From Candidatus Heimdallarchaeota archaeon (lineage in GTDB: Archaea; Asgardarchaeota; Heimdallarchaeia; Heimdallarchaeales; Heimdallarchaeaceae): DNA of 64,000 nt. The first letter of the stretch is position 1. The number at the start of each line of letters is the position of its first letter. This document shows, in pieces, positions 10,027-19,907 of this stretch. Both the position numbers and the translations under genes were made by a program. The notes below the pieces were generated by a model. It ran no database searches. It was not told where the DNA came from and saw only the letters and a program-made list of their open reading frames with translations. Where the stretch lies: contig JAEOTE010000025.1 in assembly GCA_016839945.1 (NCBI GenBank), positions 1-64,000 on the forward strand. The letters are read 5' to 3'.

Positions 10027-10794
10027 GTGCAAAATATGAGAATAAAATCAAAAGACATAGATTGGGGGGCAGATGTGGAACAGCAATTCATTCGTCAAGC
10101 TAGTTGGACTCGAGCATATAGAAACCAAATTTATAGACAAATTGGTATGATAAAAGCAAGAAATTTACTTGAAGTTGGTTGTGGAACAGGAGTTATTACT
10201 AAAGAACTTCAAGAAAAAACTTCAGCTAAAATAACTGCAATTGATTTTGATAAATCGATGATAGATATTGCAAAAGATTATGTGAGTGATGTTCGATTTC
10301 TTACTGAGAATGTGGAAGAACTATCTTTCAAAGATAAATCATTTGATTTTGTAGTTTGTCATTATTTTCTATTATGGATTTCAAACCCAGAAAAAGCTCT
10401 AAGCGAAATTGCTAGAGTCTGCAAACGAGATGCTACAATTGTTGCTCTTTCAGAACCTGATTATGGGGCATGGATTGAATATCCTGAAATGGGATTAGGA
10501 AAATATCACATTGAGTATTTGCAAAAAGAAGGAGCTGATCCTTTTATTGGAAGAAAAATATTATCACTTTTCGAATCAGCAGGATTGGAAACTGAATTAT
10601 CAGTAGTTGCACAAACGTGGAACCAAAATCTTCTAAAAGAAAATATAGGTGAAGAGTGGAAAAGAGTATTAGAAGCAGAATTAATAACTAAGAAAGAGTT
10701 TGATGAAATAATTAAGAAAGAAAATAAACTCATAAAGAAAAATCAAAGGATGATTTTCATTCCAGTTTTTACTGCAATAGGAAGGAAAAAATAA
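10027..10794 (+). CDS. class I SAM-dependent methyltransferase
   Basis: LEVGCGTG, TAID, SFDFV; GTG begins 1 nt after the rSAM stop (alternative ATG at 10036). Confidence 0.88.
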   Translation: MQNMRIKSKDIDWGADVEQQFIRQASWTRAYRNQIYRQIGMIKARNLLEVGCGTGVITKELQEKTSAKITAIDFDKSMIDIAKDYVSDVRFLTENVEELSFKDKSFDFVVCHYFLLWISNPEKALSEIARVCKRDATIVALSEPDYGAWIEYPEMGLGKYHIEYLQKEGADPFIGRKILSLFESAGLETELSVVAQTWNQNLLKENIGEEWKRVLEAELITKKEFDEIIKKENKLIKKNQRMIFIPVFTAIGRKK

Positions 10795-10797
10795 GCA

Positions 10798-10957
10798 TGG
10801 TCGGGCCTCCGTGATTTTCAGATTTTTCCAGCTAGAGCGCGTCTAACTGCTTTTGAACACGGGACCGCTCGGTCTCTACCGGCTGACACCTTGATCATTG
10901 TTCACAAGGGCGTCAAAGACTACAGCCGAGTGCTCTAAGCCACTGAGCTAAGGCCCG
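10798..10957 (-). tRNA. tRNA-Tyr(GTA) with two introns (37/38 and 59/60), CCA encoded
   Basis: Acceptor CGGGCCT/AGGCCCG, A73, CCA; anticodon arm CTCGG-CT-GTA-G..A-CCGAG; T arm CCGTG/CACGG; introns 10874-10919 and 10815-10851 with BHB motifs. Confidence 0.93.
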
Positions 10958-11114
10958 ATTATTTTGATGCATTTTTGCATCTAATTTTTGTCGTGGTACT
11001 CTGTTCTTAAATTTTTCTTTTCATTCTTTCCTTTATTTTCAGAACTGCTTTACATATTTCACCCTTATTTGAGTAAACTTAAAAATAAGTTTTGATTAAA
11101 TTATTTGGATTATA

Positions 11115-11567
11115 ATGAGTGAATCACAAGTACAATATTTCAAACTATTGGAAAAGAAATATTCAATAGAAGAAGACATTTACAAAAAGCTTGGAGACAT
11201 GCAGGATCTTAAGAAAAAAATAGCTGATCAGAATAAGAAAAGAGCAAAGGATGAACGAGAGAGAGAAGAAAGTTTAATCAGTAAAGCTGAGTATGAAGTT
11301 GAAGGATTGATTGACAAAGCATTAAAAAGCGAGGTTAAAGCAAAAAAGAAAGAAGCTTCAATTGCAGAAAAAGATTATAAGATTAGAGAACTTGAGCGTC
11401 GTATAGTCAAAGTTGAAGATGAACTTAGTAAGCTTGAAAGTGAATTACAAGAAGCTGAAAACGATATCAATGCTCATAAAACAGGGGAACCTGCATATAA
11501 AGAACCTGTATATCAAGAAGATCAACCTCCTCTAGAACCAACAGTTTTCGAAGATATTGACGAATAG
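11115..11567 (+). CDS. coiled-coil hypothetical protein
   Basis: E/K-rich heptad pattern, acidic Pro-containing tail. Confidence 0.7.
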   Translation: MSESQVQYFKLLEKKYSIEEDIYKKLGDMQDLKKKIADQNKKRAKDEREREESLISKAEYEVEGLIDKALKSEVKAKKKEASIAEKDYKIRELERRIVKVEDELSKLESELQEAENDINAHKTGEPAYKEPVYQEDQPPLEPTVFEDIDE

Positions 11568-11680
11568 CCTATCTTCACAATCCATTTTTTTATTTCTTAT
11601 TATAGCATATATTCTAGAATATTTTGAAAAACACCAACTTTTTTAAATCACTTTTTCATTTTTAAATTCGGTGTAAAATC

Positions 11681-12064
11681 ATGGAAATGTATGGAAGTGC
11701 CGATTGGAAAACAGAGAAACATGTTCCTGTAATTGAAGTAGCAGATGTTATCAAGAAAGGTGAAAAAACACCTATCACAGTAAGTGTTGGAAAGGAAATT
11801 GCTCATCCAAATAAAACTGAACATTATATATCTTGGATTAAACTCCTATTTTGGCCAGAGGGTGAGAAATATCCTATTGAACTTGGTGTCGTCAATTTCA
11901 CTGCTCATGGAGAATCAGTAAGAGGTCCAGATACAAGTACAGTTTATACTGAACCACATGCTGTATTTCATCTAAAGACAGAAAAACCAGGTAAACTTAT
12001 CGCAACAAGCTACTGCAATATTCACGGTTTATGGAAAAATAAAAAAGAAATCAAGGTAGAATAA
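11681..12064 (+). CDS. sor: superoxide reductase (neelaredoxin / class II SORL)
   Basis: EKHVP, HP...EHYI.WI, YCNIHGLW iron-binding motifs. Confidence 0.93.
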   Translation: MEMYGSADWKTEKHVPVIEVADVIKKGEKTPITVSVGKEIAHPNKTEHYISWIKLLFWPEGEKYPIELGVVNFTAHGESVRGPDTSTVYTEPHAVFHLKTEKPGKLIATSYCNIHGLWKNKKEIKVE

Positions 12065-12130
12065 AATTAACTTTTTTCTTTTTTCTTTATTTTATTGAAA
12101 ATTCTTCTACAAAATGTTTTTTTAAAATAG

Positions 12131-12694
12131 ATGCTTTTTATAGTTATGAGTAATTTCGAAGAAAAAGAAACAATACCAAGACCTGGTTCAGTTGAATATA
12201 AATTCCTATTCGGTACAGAAGAAGAGAAAAAGCGTATTCTTAAAAATTGGAAACGGATGAATAAGCTCTTTACTATCCCTTTTTACAAAATTGGAATAAT
12301 ACCACTAACTCCACTTAAAAAAGTGTTCCTTCTGCTTTACACTAAAGGAAGAAAGACTGGAAAACAAAGAATAACACCGCTTGAGTATAGAAGGAAAGAT
12401 GGGATAATTCATGTTGTTGCTGGAAGAGGTAGCAAAGCTCATTGGTTTAAGAATCTTATTGCTAACCCAGATAATGTAAAAATCAAAATAGGTTTTAGGA
12501 AATTTGATGCTGAATACAAAACTCTGGAAAACATTTCTGACAAAGTAGAGCTTCTACAATGGTACGTTAAAAAATTCCCTCGAGACGCTAAATTTCTTTT
12601 TGGGTGGAACCCAAAATTGGATGATCCAGAAAAAACTGACCTTACTCATTTTGCAAGTCTTATAGAGATAATCCAATTTCACCCAAAAACGTGA
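12131..12694 (+). CDS. deazaflavin (F420)-dependent nitroreductase family protein
   Basis: LLL.T.GRKTGK.R.TPL and W.KNL.ANP.V motifs of the Ddn family. Confidence 0.85.
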   Translation: MLFIVMSNFEEKETIPRPGSVEYKFLFGTEEEKKRILKNWKRMNKLFTIPFYKIGIIPLTPLKKVFLLLYTKGRKTGKQRITPLEYRRKDGIIHVVAGRGSKAHWFKNLIANPDNVKIKIGFRKFDAEYKTLENISDKVELLQWYVKKFPRDAKFLFGWNPKLDDPEKTDLTHFASLIEIIQFHPKT

Positions 12695-12756
12695 TTTTTT
12701 CTTAAATTGATAATAAAGAAAACTTATATCTCTTAAGTATATGATATAAAATTAAC

Positions 12757-14676
12757 TTGAACACATCATCTACATCATATAAAGGTTATAGAGGACAATC
12801 ACTAGTAATAAATCTTAGTGAGAATACAGTAAAGAAGATTTCTTCTGACAAAGATATGATTGAGAAGTATTTGGGAGGAAGAGGTTGGGCAATCAAATAC
12901 CTTTTTGACAATTTGAAACAAGGTATAGATCCATTAGAACAAGAAAATATTCTAGTAATAAGCTTAGGACCTTTAACTGGAACATTGGCACCATCAACTG
13001 CTAGATATACAATAGCGTCTAAATCTCCTCTAACTGGAGGAATAGGGTATGCAAATGCTGGAGGGCATTTTGCTCCAGAATTAGCATATGCAGGATATGA
13101 TGCTATTTTTATCCATGGAAAATCAAAGAATCCTGTATATCTATTCATAGAGGATGATCGTGTTGTATTGAAAGATGCAAAGCATCTATGGGGAAAAGAT
13201 ACATGGGAAACTGATGAATTAATTAAAAAAGAATTAGAGAATGAAAATTTTCAGATCTTAAGTATTGGACAGGGAGGTGAGAATCTAGTACGATATTCTG
13301 CTATAATGAACAATCTTTCACGAGCTGCAGCGAGAACTGGAGTAGGAGCAGTAATGGGCTCAAAGAATCTAAAAGCAATTGCTGTTAGGGGAACAGGAAG
13401 TGTTGAAGTAGCAGAACCTGAAAAATTCAACAAACTAATTGATGTAACACTTGAAAAGATATATGATGATCCTGCATATCCAAGTTTATCATTTTATGGG
13501 ACACCCTTCCTAGTTGACTTATCATTCATTAGTGGAGGTCTTGCTACTAACAATAATCAAAGAGGGAATTTTGATAAGTATGAAGAAATCTCTGCAGAAA
13601 CATTCGAAGAAAATTATAAGGTGAAATCAGAAAGCTGCTTCGCTTGCCCAATTCATTGTGGAAAATATTCAAAGATTGAAACAGGAAAATATGCTGGAAC
13701 TAAAGGAGGGAGTCCAGAATATGAAACAATTGTATGTTTAGGTTCCAAATGTGGAATAGGTAATTTAGAAGCTATATTACATGCAAACGAGCTATGTAAT
13801 AGATTCGGACTTGATACTATCTCATTGGGAGACACAGTAGCCTTTGCAATGGAAGCATATGAGAAAGGTGCGTTATCATCAGCTGACACTGATGGCATTG
13901 AATTAAGCTGGGGAAATGAAGATGCTCTAATCAAACTAATTAAGAAAATAGCATTCAGAGATGGCTTTGGCGATTTATTAGCTGAGGGTGTTAAAAGGGT
14001 TTCAGAAAAGATTGGAAAGGGTTCAGAGAAATATGCTCTCCACATTAAAGGGATGGAACCTCCTGCATATGATGTTAGAACTGCAAAAGCATTTGGTTTA
14101 GGTTGGGCCACCGCAACAAGAGGTGCTGACCACCTCGCAGCTTTACCCAATTTCGAATTACTCGGGTATGAGCCAGAAAAAGGTCAGAGCTGGTTTGGCT
14201 CTGAAAAAACTGTGGATCCATTTGCTTGGGAAGGAAAATCCCGCATGGTAGTTTGGCATGAAAATTTAGGAGCTATTGTAGATTCTGCTGAAATGTGCAA
14301 GTATACTTGCTTTTCTGCATATGCCGTCAAAGAAGATGATATGGCCCAATTCATACAATATGCGACTGGAAAGAAAATAACTGGTGAGGATATACTTGAA
14401 ATTGGAGAACGAATTTTTAATTTGGAGAGGCTTTTTAATCTAAGAGAAGGAATTGGTGCGGAAGAAGATAGGTTGCCTGATCGTTTTACAAAGGAACCAT
14501 TTACTGAAGGACCAGCAAAAGGACAAATAGTTGAACTAGATAAAATGCTACCTGAGTACTATGCAATCCGCAATTGGGATTATAAAACTGGTTTCCCAAA
14601 AGAAGAAAACTTAACGATACTTGGGCTCTTAGATTCAGCTCTGAAATACGATTTAGTTTCTAAAAAGGAGGGATAA
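12757..14676 (+). CDS. aor: tungsten-containing aldehyde:ferredoxin oxidoreductase
   Basis: YLGGRG, KSPLTG, G.GAVMGSKNLKAI, CFACPIHC, PEYET, GLDTIS. Confidence 0.95.
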   Translation: MNTSSTSYKGYRGQSLVINLSENTVKKISSDKDMIEKYLGGRGWAIKYLFDNLKQGIDPLEQENILVISLGPLTGTLAPSTARYTIASKSPLTGGIGYANAGGHFAPELAYAGYDAIFIHGKSKNPVYLFIEDDRVVLKDAKHLWGKDTWETDELIKKELENENFQILSIGQGGENLVRYSAIMNNLSRAAARTGVGAVMGSKNLKAIAVRGTGSVEVAEPEKFNKLIDVTLEKIYDDPAYPSLSFYGTPFLVDLSFISGGLATNNNQRGNFDKYEEISAETFEENYKVKSESCFACPIHCGKYSKIETGKYAGTKGGSPEYETIVCLGSKCGIGNLEAILHANELCNRFGLDTISLGDTVAFAMEAYEKGALSSADTDGIELSWGNEDALIKLIKKIAFRDGFGDLLAEGVKRVSEKIGKGSEKYALHIKGMEPPAYDVRTAKAFGLGWATATRGADHLAALPNFELLGYEPEKGQSWFGSEKTVDPFAWEGKSRMVVWHENLGAIVDSAEMCKYTCFSAYAVKEDDMAQFIQYATGKKITGEDILEIGERIFNLERLFNLREGIGAEEDRLPDRFTKEPFTEGPAKGQIVELDKMLPEYYAIRNWDYKTGFPKEENLTILGLLDSALKYDLVSKKEG

Positions 14677-14677
14677 C

Positions 14678-15172
14678 ATGTCGAGACAACCAGTTAAGCG
14701 GATTCAAATTCAGAAAGAAAAATGTAATGGATGTAGGATATGTGAATTACGTTGTTCGTTCCATCATGATTTAGTTTATTCTCCCACAATCTCTAGAATA
14801 AATGTTTACAAAGAAGAAATAGAAGGAATAACAATTCCTAAAACTTGTGTGATTTGTGGGAAATGTATAGAATCTTGCCCAGAAGCAGCTATAAGCAAAA
14901 ATGAAATGACTGGAGCTATAGAAATTAATGAAGAAAAATGTACTGGTTGTCAGGAATGTGTTTTAGCTTGCCCTTATGGAGTGATGAAAATTCATCCAAT
15001 AAGGAATGTGGCAATGACGTGTGATCTTTGTTCTGGAAATCCTCAATGTGTTAAATACTGTCCAGAGGAAGCTTTGCACTACATGACATCAAAAGATTTC
15101 TTAGCTTATAAACAAAAAGAAAAAGAAGACAAAGAATCAGGTAAAATAAAGAAACCTCCAGCTGTTCAATAA
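14678..15172 (+). CDS. 4Fe-4S dicluster electron-transfer subunit of AOR
   Basis: Multiple CxxCxxCxxxC motifs; abuts aor. Confidence 0.9.
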   Translation: MSRQPVKRIQIQKEKCNGCRICELRCSFHHDLVYSPTISRINVYKEEIEGITIPKTCVICGKCIESCPEAAISKNEMTGAIEINEEKCTGCQECVLACPYGVMKIHPIRNVAMTCDLCSGNPQCVKYCPEEALHYMTSKDFLAYKQKEKEDKESGKIKKPPAVQ

Positions 15173-15209
15173 GAAATACCTATTAAAACAAAATTAATTT
15201 ATAAAATTA

Positions 15210-15488
15210 CTATCCTCCTGCTATTGCAGGCATTATGACTACCATATCTCCTTCTTTTAGTTCTGTTTGAAAACCATTTAGAATATGTATGTTTCTTCCA
15301 TTTACTAAAATTCTGTATATTTTTCTAAACTTACCTTCTTCGTCATACAATTCTTGTTTTAATGCAGTGCCATATTTGTCTATTAGTTGTTCTAATAGAT
15401 TTTCAATACTATTTGTTTCCATTGAGAATAACTTTTCCCCTATAATATGCTTAATGTTCGAGAATGTAAGCACTCTGACACTTGCCAT
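15210..15488 (-). CDS. MoaD/ThiS/SAMP ubiquitin-like sulfur carrier
   Basis: ILVNGRNI, L..GD.V.I.PAIAGG with C-terminal diglycine. Confidence 0.92.
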   Translation of the reverse strand: MASVRVLTFSNIKHIIGEKLFSMETNSIENLLEQLIDKYGTALKQELYDEEGKFRKIYRILVNGRNIHILNGFQTELKEGDMVVIMPAIAGG

Positions 15489-15564
15489 TATCTTCTCATT
15501 GACTTAGATATTCATATATATTCTGTTAATTTTAAAAATCAAAAATAAATTTATTGGAAAAATT

Positions 15565-17508
15565 CTAGAATTTACTCGGAAAAATCATTTTAGATAATTC
15601 ATCTAACATTGTTCTAGATGCTGGAGTTATGGTTTTTGATGTTTTAAGAACACTATTCAGATCATTCCATACTGATGTTGAAGTACTTATTATTTTAGTA
15701 AAAGCTTCTAATTTCTGTAGAGCAGAATAACTTTGACCTTTTATGACATAACTGAAAAGAAACTTCTGTTTTGGTTTGAGGAGCAAGGTGTACTCCTGAT
15801 GTTTTATTCTTTCTATAGATCCTTCAGAAGAGAATGTTTCTCTACTGAATGAAATAATAGCTGCTAAGAAACCTCCTATTAGTATTCCATCAAGTTCACT
15901 CCCTTCCAAATAATTCTTAGTGAATAGAGGGGTTCCACTTTCTGCTAATATTAAAAGCATAATTGGTTCTTCATTAGTAATTTCAGGAATGTCCACTTCT
16001 CTTCTTTTCATCTGTTTTATAACAAGTTCTCCTAATTGAGCAAACTCTAAACGGTCTTTAAGACTTGCATTTTTTGAAATTAACTCCTCCCATTCACTCA
16101 ATTGGTTTAGAAGTTCATCATGATCACTAGATATATTCATCGCAAGTCTTCGTAATCCTTTCTTTTCTGCAATAGATTGTGCATTAGAAAGCAATTCTCT
16201 AGCCTTGTTCAAGTCTAAATCTATTAGAGCTAATTGACTCTTAAACCAGTTTATTTTAGCAAGCAAATCATAGGATTGTTGTTGTTTTGCTATTTCATCC
16301 AAACTACTTACTATTGGTTTAACTATCTCTAGTACCTCTTTTTCTCCTGTAATTTTTAATTCTTCCAGAAGTAATTCACACAAATTTAGTAATGATAGAA
16401 CTGTAAGAGAATGATCAACGATTTCTTCTTCAATTATTTCACGAAGTAATTCCTGGGCTTGAACTTTATCTCTCATTCTATTACTAGTCTTTAGTATCAT
16501 TGCTTCTGCTAATCTATATACCTGAAAAGTTATTTTATCTGTATCTAAACTGTTTATTTGTTTTAGCCGATTAAAATATCTCTCTGCTCTTCTATTCTCT
16601 TTTGCGTCAAGTGATACAGAAATTAAATAATAAAGATTTAGTGCAATTTCTTGTTTATTTCCAATTTCCTCTCTAAGATTAAGAGCCTTTTTGAAATAAT
16701 AAACTGCTGTATCAAAATCTCCTTTTTGTTGATAAATCTCTCCAATATTGCATAGTGATAATGAAATGAATTGGTTATTCTCAAATTCTTCCCAGTAGCT
16801 TAAACTCTTTTTATAATTTTCTAATGCTTTTTCCAACTCCCCTTGTAATCGATAGACATTACCTATGTTATTTAGTGAAGTTGCTATATCATCTTTGTTT
16901 CCAATTTCATAACAAAGTTTGGAACTATTTTCATAATATTCTAGCGCTTTGTGTAATTCTCCCTTTGTTTTGAACAAGACCCCCAAGTTATTCATAATTG
17001 TACTTATTTCTTTCTTATCTCCAATTCTTTTCCATAAATCCAAACTTCTTTTGTACAGCTTCTGTGCCTTACCTAATTCTCCTTTTGAATGATAAACAAC
17101 TCCTTGTAATCGCAAAACAATGGCTTCTTTATATTTCAAGTTAGATTTTTTTTGTTGTTTTAATTTTGCAAAAAACTTATCATTGTCTGATATGACACTT
17201 AAAGATTTGTCAAACTCTCCTAGTCGCCAGAAAGAATGTGCAATTTCAATAACTGCATCAGTTCCTAAAAGATGATTTTTTCTGCTACGACACTCTTTTA
17301 ATGCTACTTCAGCAAGTCCAAGAGCTTTCTCATATTTACCTAGTTTGTTAAGTATGCTGCTTTTCAGAATTTTGCAGTTCAATTGCTCTTTAGTACTTAA
17401 CTTCTTTCCTTTTTCGATAGTTCCCACTACTTGAAGTGCTTTGTTGTATTTGCCTTCAAGAACCAATTGTTCAGCTCTTTCAAGCTCTTGGGAACTTAAG
17501 GAAGACAA
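15565..17508 (-). CDS. TPR-repeat protein with C-terminal longin-like domain
   Basis: NNLG/NNIG TPR repeats; C-terminal LLILAESGTPLF...LIGGFLAAIISFSRE. Confidence 0.85.
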   Translation of the reverse strand: MSSLSSQELERAEQLVLEGKYNKALQVVGTIEKGKKLSTKEQLNCKILKSSILNKLGKYEKALGLAEVALKECRSRKNHLLGTDAVIEIAHSFWRLGEFDKSLSVISDNDKFFAKLKQQKKSNLKYKEAIVLRLQGVVYHSKGELGKAQKLYKRSLDLWKRIGDKKEISTIMNNLGVLFKTKGELHKALEYYENSSKLCYEIGNKDDIATSLNNIGNVYRLQGELEKALENYKKSLSYWEEFENNQFISLSLCNIGEIYQQKGDFDTAVYYFKKALNLREEIGNKQEIALNLYYLISVSLDAKENRRAERYFNRLKQINSLDTDKITFQVYRLAEAMILKTSNRMRDKVQAQELLREIIEEEIVDHSLTVLSLLNLCELLLEELKITGEKEVLEIVKPIVSSLDEIAKQQQSYDLLAKINWFKSQLALIDLDLNKARELLSNAQSIAEKKGLRRLAMNISSDHDELLNQLSEWEELISKNASLKDRLEFAQLGELVIKQMKRREVDIPEITNEEPIMLLILAESGTPLFTKNYLEGSELDGILIGGFLAAIISFSRETFSSEGSIERIKHQEYTLLLKPKQKFLFSYVIKGQSYSALQKLEAFTKIISTSTSVWNDLNSVLKTSKTITPASRTMLDELSKMIFPSKF

Positions 17509-17600
17509 CAGTTTGACCCCAATATAAAAAATATCAAAATAATATTAATAACATTCCGTCAGAGGTAAGTTTCAAAAAATTAAGAATTCATGATTTACAG

Positions 17601-18455
17601 TCATTCCAGATTACAGAGTCTTTTGCTTAGTTCCCATAATTCTTGTTGAAATTCTTTATTCTGAGATATTCCATTAGTTTCTGTTTGTTTTTTATTGACA
17701 AAATGTCTCCCACTTATTCCCTCAACTTCTGGTGAAGAAGCAAGATATATGGGTGTTTCTGATCCTTTTTCAGGTGTTTTAGCAAAAATTCCAAACAGAG
17801 GATAAAATATCTTGTACATTTTATTATTCAATCCTATGTTGGTTTTGGTAAAACCTGGATGAGTAGAATTTATAGTTACATCAGTTCCCTTTAATCTCTC
17901 AGATAGAAAATTTGAGATCATTATTCCATATAATTTTGATTCTGCGTAAGCAATAAAACCTCTGAATTTCCTTTTCTCGAAGTTATAATCTTGTAAATTC
18001 TTTCTTGCTTGCTTATATATATCCGAAGAAATAATAACAATTCTTGAAGGAGAGCTATCTTTGATCACTTCAAGAAGTAAGTTTAGTAGTAGAAAAGAAC
18101 CAAGATAATTTACTGCAAACATGGATTCTATTCCATCTTCTGTTCTCTGAAGATTGAGGTTAAAAATGCCGTGGTTAATAATGAGAACATCCAATCTTTT
18201 GTACATCGATTTGTAGTTTTCTGCAAATTTATTTATGGATTTTCTGGAAACAAAGTCGCAAATCATTAGATCAATTGAGTTATTGCCTGTAACTTTTTTG
18301 ATCTCTTCAAGTGCTTTCTTTCCTTTTTCTTTATTCCGGCAAACCATTACAACATGAGCATTCATTTCTGCTAGTTTATGTGAAGTAGCTTTTCCTATAC
18401 CTGAATTTGCACCAGTAATAACACAAATTTTCCCTTGCATGGTAATAGACCTCAT
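17601..18455 (-). CDS. short-chain dehydrogenase/reductase (retinol-DH-like)
   Basis: ITGANSGIG, YAESK catalytic motif, HPG. Confidence 0.92.
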   Translation of the reverse strand: MRSITMQGKICVITGANSGIGKATSHKLAEMNAHVVMVCRNKEKGKKALEEIKKVTGNNSIDLMICDFVSRKSINKFAENYKSMYKRLDVLIINHGIFNLNLQRTEDGIESMFAVNYLGSFLLLNLLLEVIKDSSPSRIVIISSDIYKQARKNLQDYNFEKRKFRGFIAYAESKLYGIMISNFLSERLKGTDVTINSTHPGFTKTNIGLNNKMYKIFYPLFGIFAKTPEKGSETPIYLASSPEVEGISGRHFVNKKQTETNGISQNKEFQQELWELSKRLCNLE

Positions 18456-18522
18456 ATGATATAATTTTCTTATACTTTAACTAATTTTCGTAGGATTTGT
18501 AGATTATATATTATTTTATAAT

Positions 18523-18771
18523 TTAGTATGTAGGAAATTTCTCGCGTAGTTTAGACATTGCTTCATTAATGGGAAAATCCTTCAATTCCTTAGCAGCATC
18601 GTAATGGTCAACACAAAACCATTCAGCATATGGAGGATGTCCTACTAATCCTTCCTTTCGCATAGCACTCTCCCATTTTTCATCACTTTTTCTTTTCTTA
18701 AAATAAATTAGTCCACCTTCATCTGAGTCCAAGAATTCTTTATAACAGATAGCACATATTGGTGGTTTCAT
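18523..18771 (-). CDS. small putative zinc-binding protein
   Basis: CAIC ... WFCVDH. Confidence 0.7.
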   Translation of the reverse strand: MKPPICAICYKEFLDSDEGGLIYFKKRKSDEKWESAMRKEGLVGHPPYAEWFCVDHYDAAKELKDFPINEAMSKLREKFPTY

Positions 18772-18820
18772 GCTTTTTCATTAGTTCTTATTTATTATAA
18801 AAGTCTATGGAACAATGCAT

Positions 18821-19705
18821 CTATTCTAATCGCGAAATTCTTCTTATTAATGTCATTGTTTCAGTTGCCATCAATCTATTGTTTGAATCTTCATCACTTC
18901 TGGCAATTTCACCAAGTGGTTCTATTGCTCTTGCATCCTTGAGTTCAGCGAGATTACTTATAGCTTGATATCTAACTTTTGCATTTCTATCTTCTAACGC
19001 TTTTAGATTTATATCAAAAAGCTTGACATCCTCTATTTCTGCCTTTTTAATGATTTTATTTAATTCATTAAGAGCTTGATATCTTATCTCCCAATCCTTG
19101 TCATTGGAAGCCTTTTCTAGATGTGGAACAGGATTACCTTCAACACGTGATGTAAGGAATTCTACAACTACTTCTCTTACTAATTTATTATAATCCAGAA
19201 CATATCCAGCGACAAGAGATGTGGGTACCTTAACTTGGAAATTTAATAGGGTACTCTTAGCTTCTTCTCTTACTGACTCAGTATCATCTCTTAATGATTC
19301 AAATAATGGTTCGATAATGCTAGGACTTGTAAAATCCTTCAACGCTTTTGCTGAAGAATATCGTACTTGTGGATGACTGTCTCTTAAAGATGCTATAATA
19401 AAATTCACTGTTTCTGGATTATTTTGTTTTCCAAAAGATTCTATAGCTGAATTCCTAACTTCCCAAGAACTGTCTTCTAGAGCATGTGTTAGTGCTATAA
19501 GTGCTTGTCTGTCGTTTATGTCACCCAATATATCAGCGGCATAGCTACGAACATCTTTGTCATTATCTTGCAATGATTTGATGATTATATCTAAAGCTTC
19601 TTGATTATCCTTAAATGGAATAAGTTTTTCCAAAGCTAGCTGACGAAGAGCGGGGTCCTCATTACTTAACATTTTAACAATTTCAGATATCTCTTCATTT
19701 ACCAT
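18821..19705 (-). CDS. HEAT-repeat (PBS lyase-like) protein
   Basis: Repeated L.D....VR..AA..LG. Confidence 0.9.
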   Translation of the reverse strand: MVNEEISEIVKMLSNEDPALRQLALEKLIPFKDNQEALDIIIKSLQDNDKDVRSYAADILGDINDRQALIALTHALEDSSWEVRNSAIESFGKQNNPETVNFIIASLRDSHPQVRYSSAKALKDFTSPSIIEPLFESLRDDTESVREEAKSTLLNFQVKVPTSLVAGYVLDYNKLVREVVVEFLTSRVEGNPVPHLEKASNDKDWEIRYQALNELNKIIKKAEIEDVKLFDINLKALEDRNAKVRYQAISNLAELKDARAIEPLGEIARSDEDSNNRLMATETMTLIRRISRLE

Positions 19706-19907
19706 TTGATAATCTTCCGTAAATTTTCTGATTTCTATTAAAGTTTATCGTCTGTTAATTTAAAAATAGTGAAATCAGTTAAAATATCCATTTCTTTGAA
19801 ATAGTAGTAAAATCAAACAAAGCAATTACAAAATCTTAAATAACTTGCGTCTCTCTCTAATTACATTTAGCATTAGCAATGCTACAACAATCACAATACT
19901 GGTAACT

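Noticed and set aside
10798-10957. tRNA as integration site of an island carrying the rSAM operon
   Set aside because: No integrase, no duplicated tRNA 3' end noticed, and no obvious compositional shift.
12786-14150. Minus-strand ORFs inside aor, and similar 60-165 aa overlapping ORFs throughout the window
   Set aside because: Antisense or alternate-frame shadows of confidently identified genes, with no motifs.
15210-15488. Eukaryote-like ubiquitin
   Set aside because: Sequence is MoaD/SAMP-type and sits beside a tungstopterin AOR; no E1/E2/E3 cluster here.
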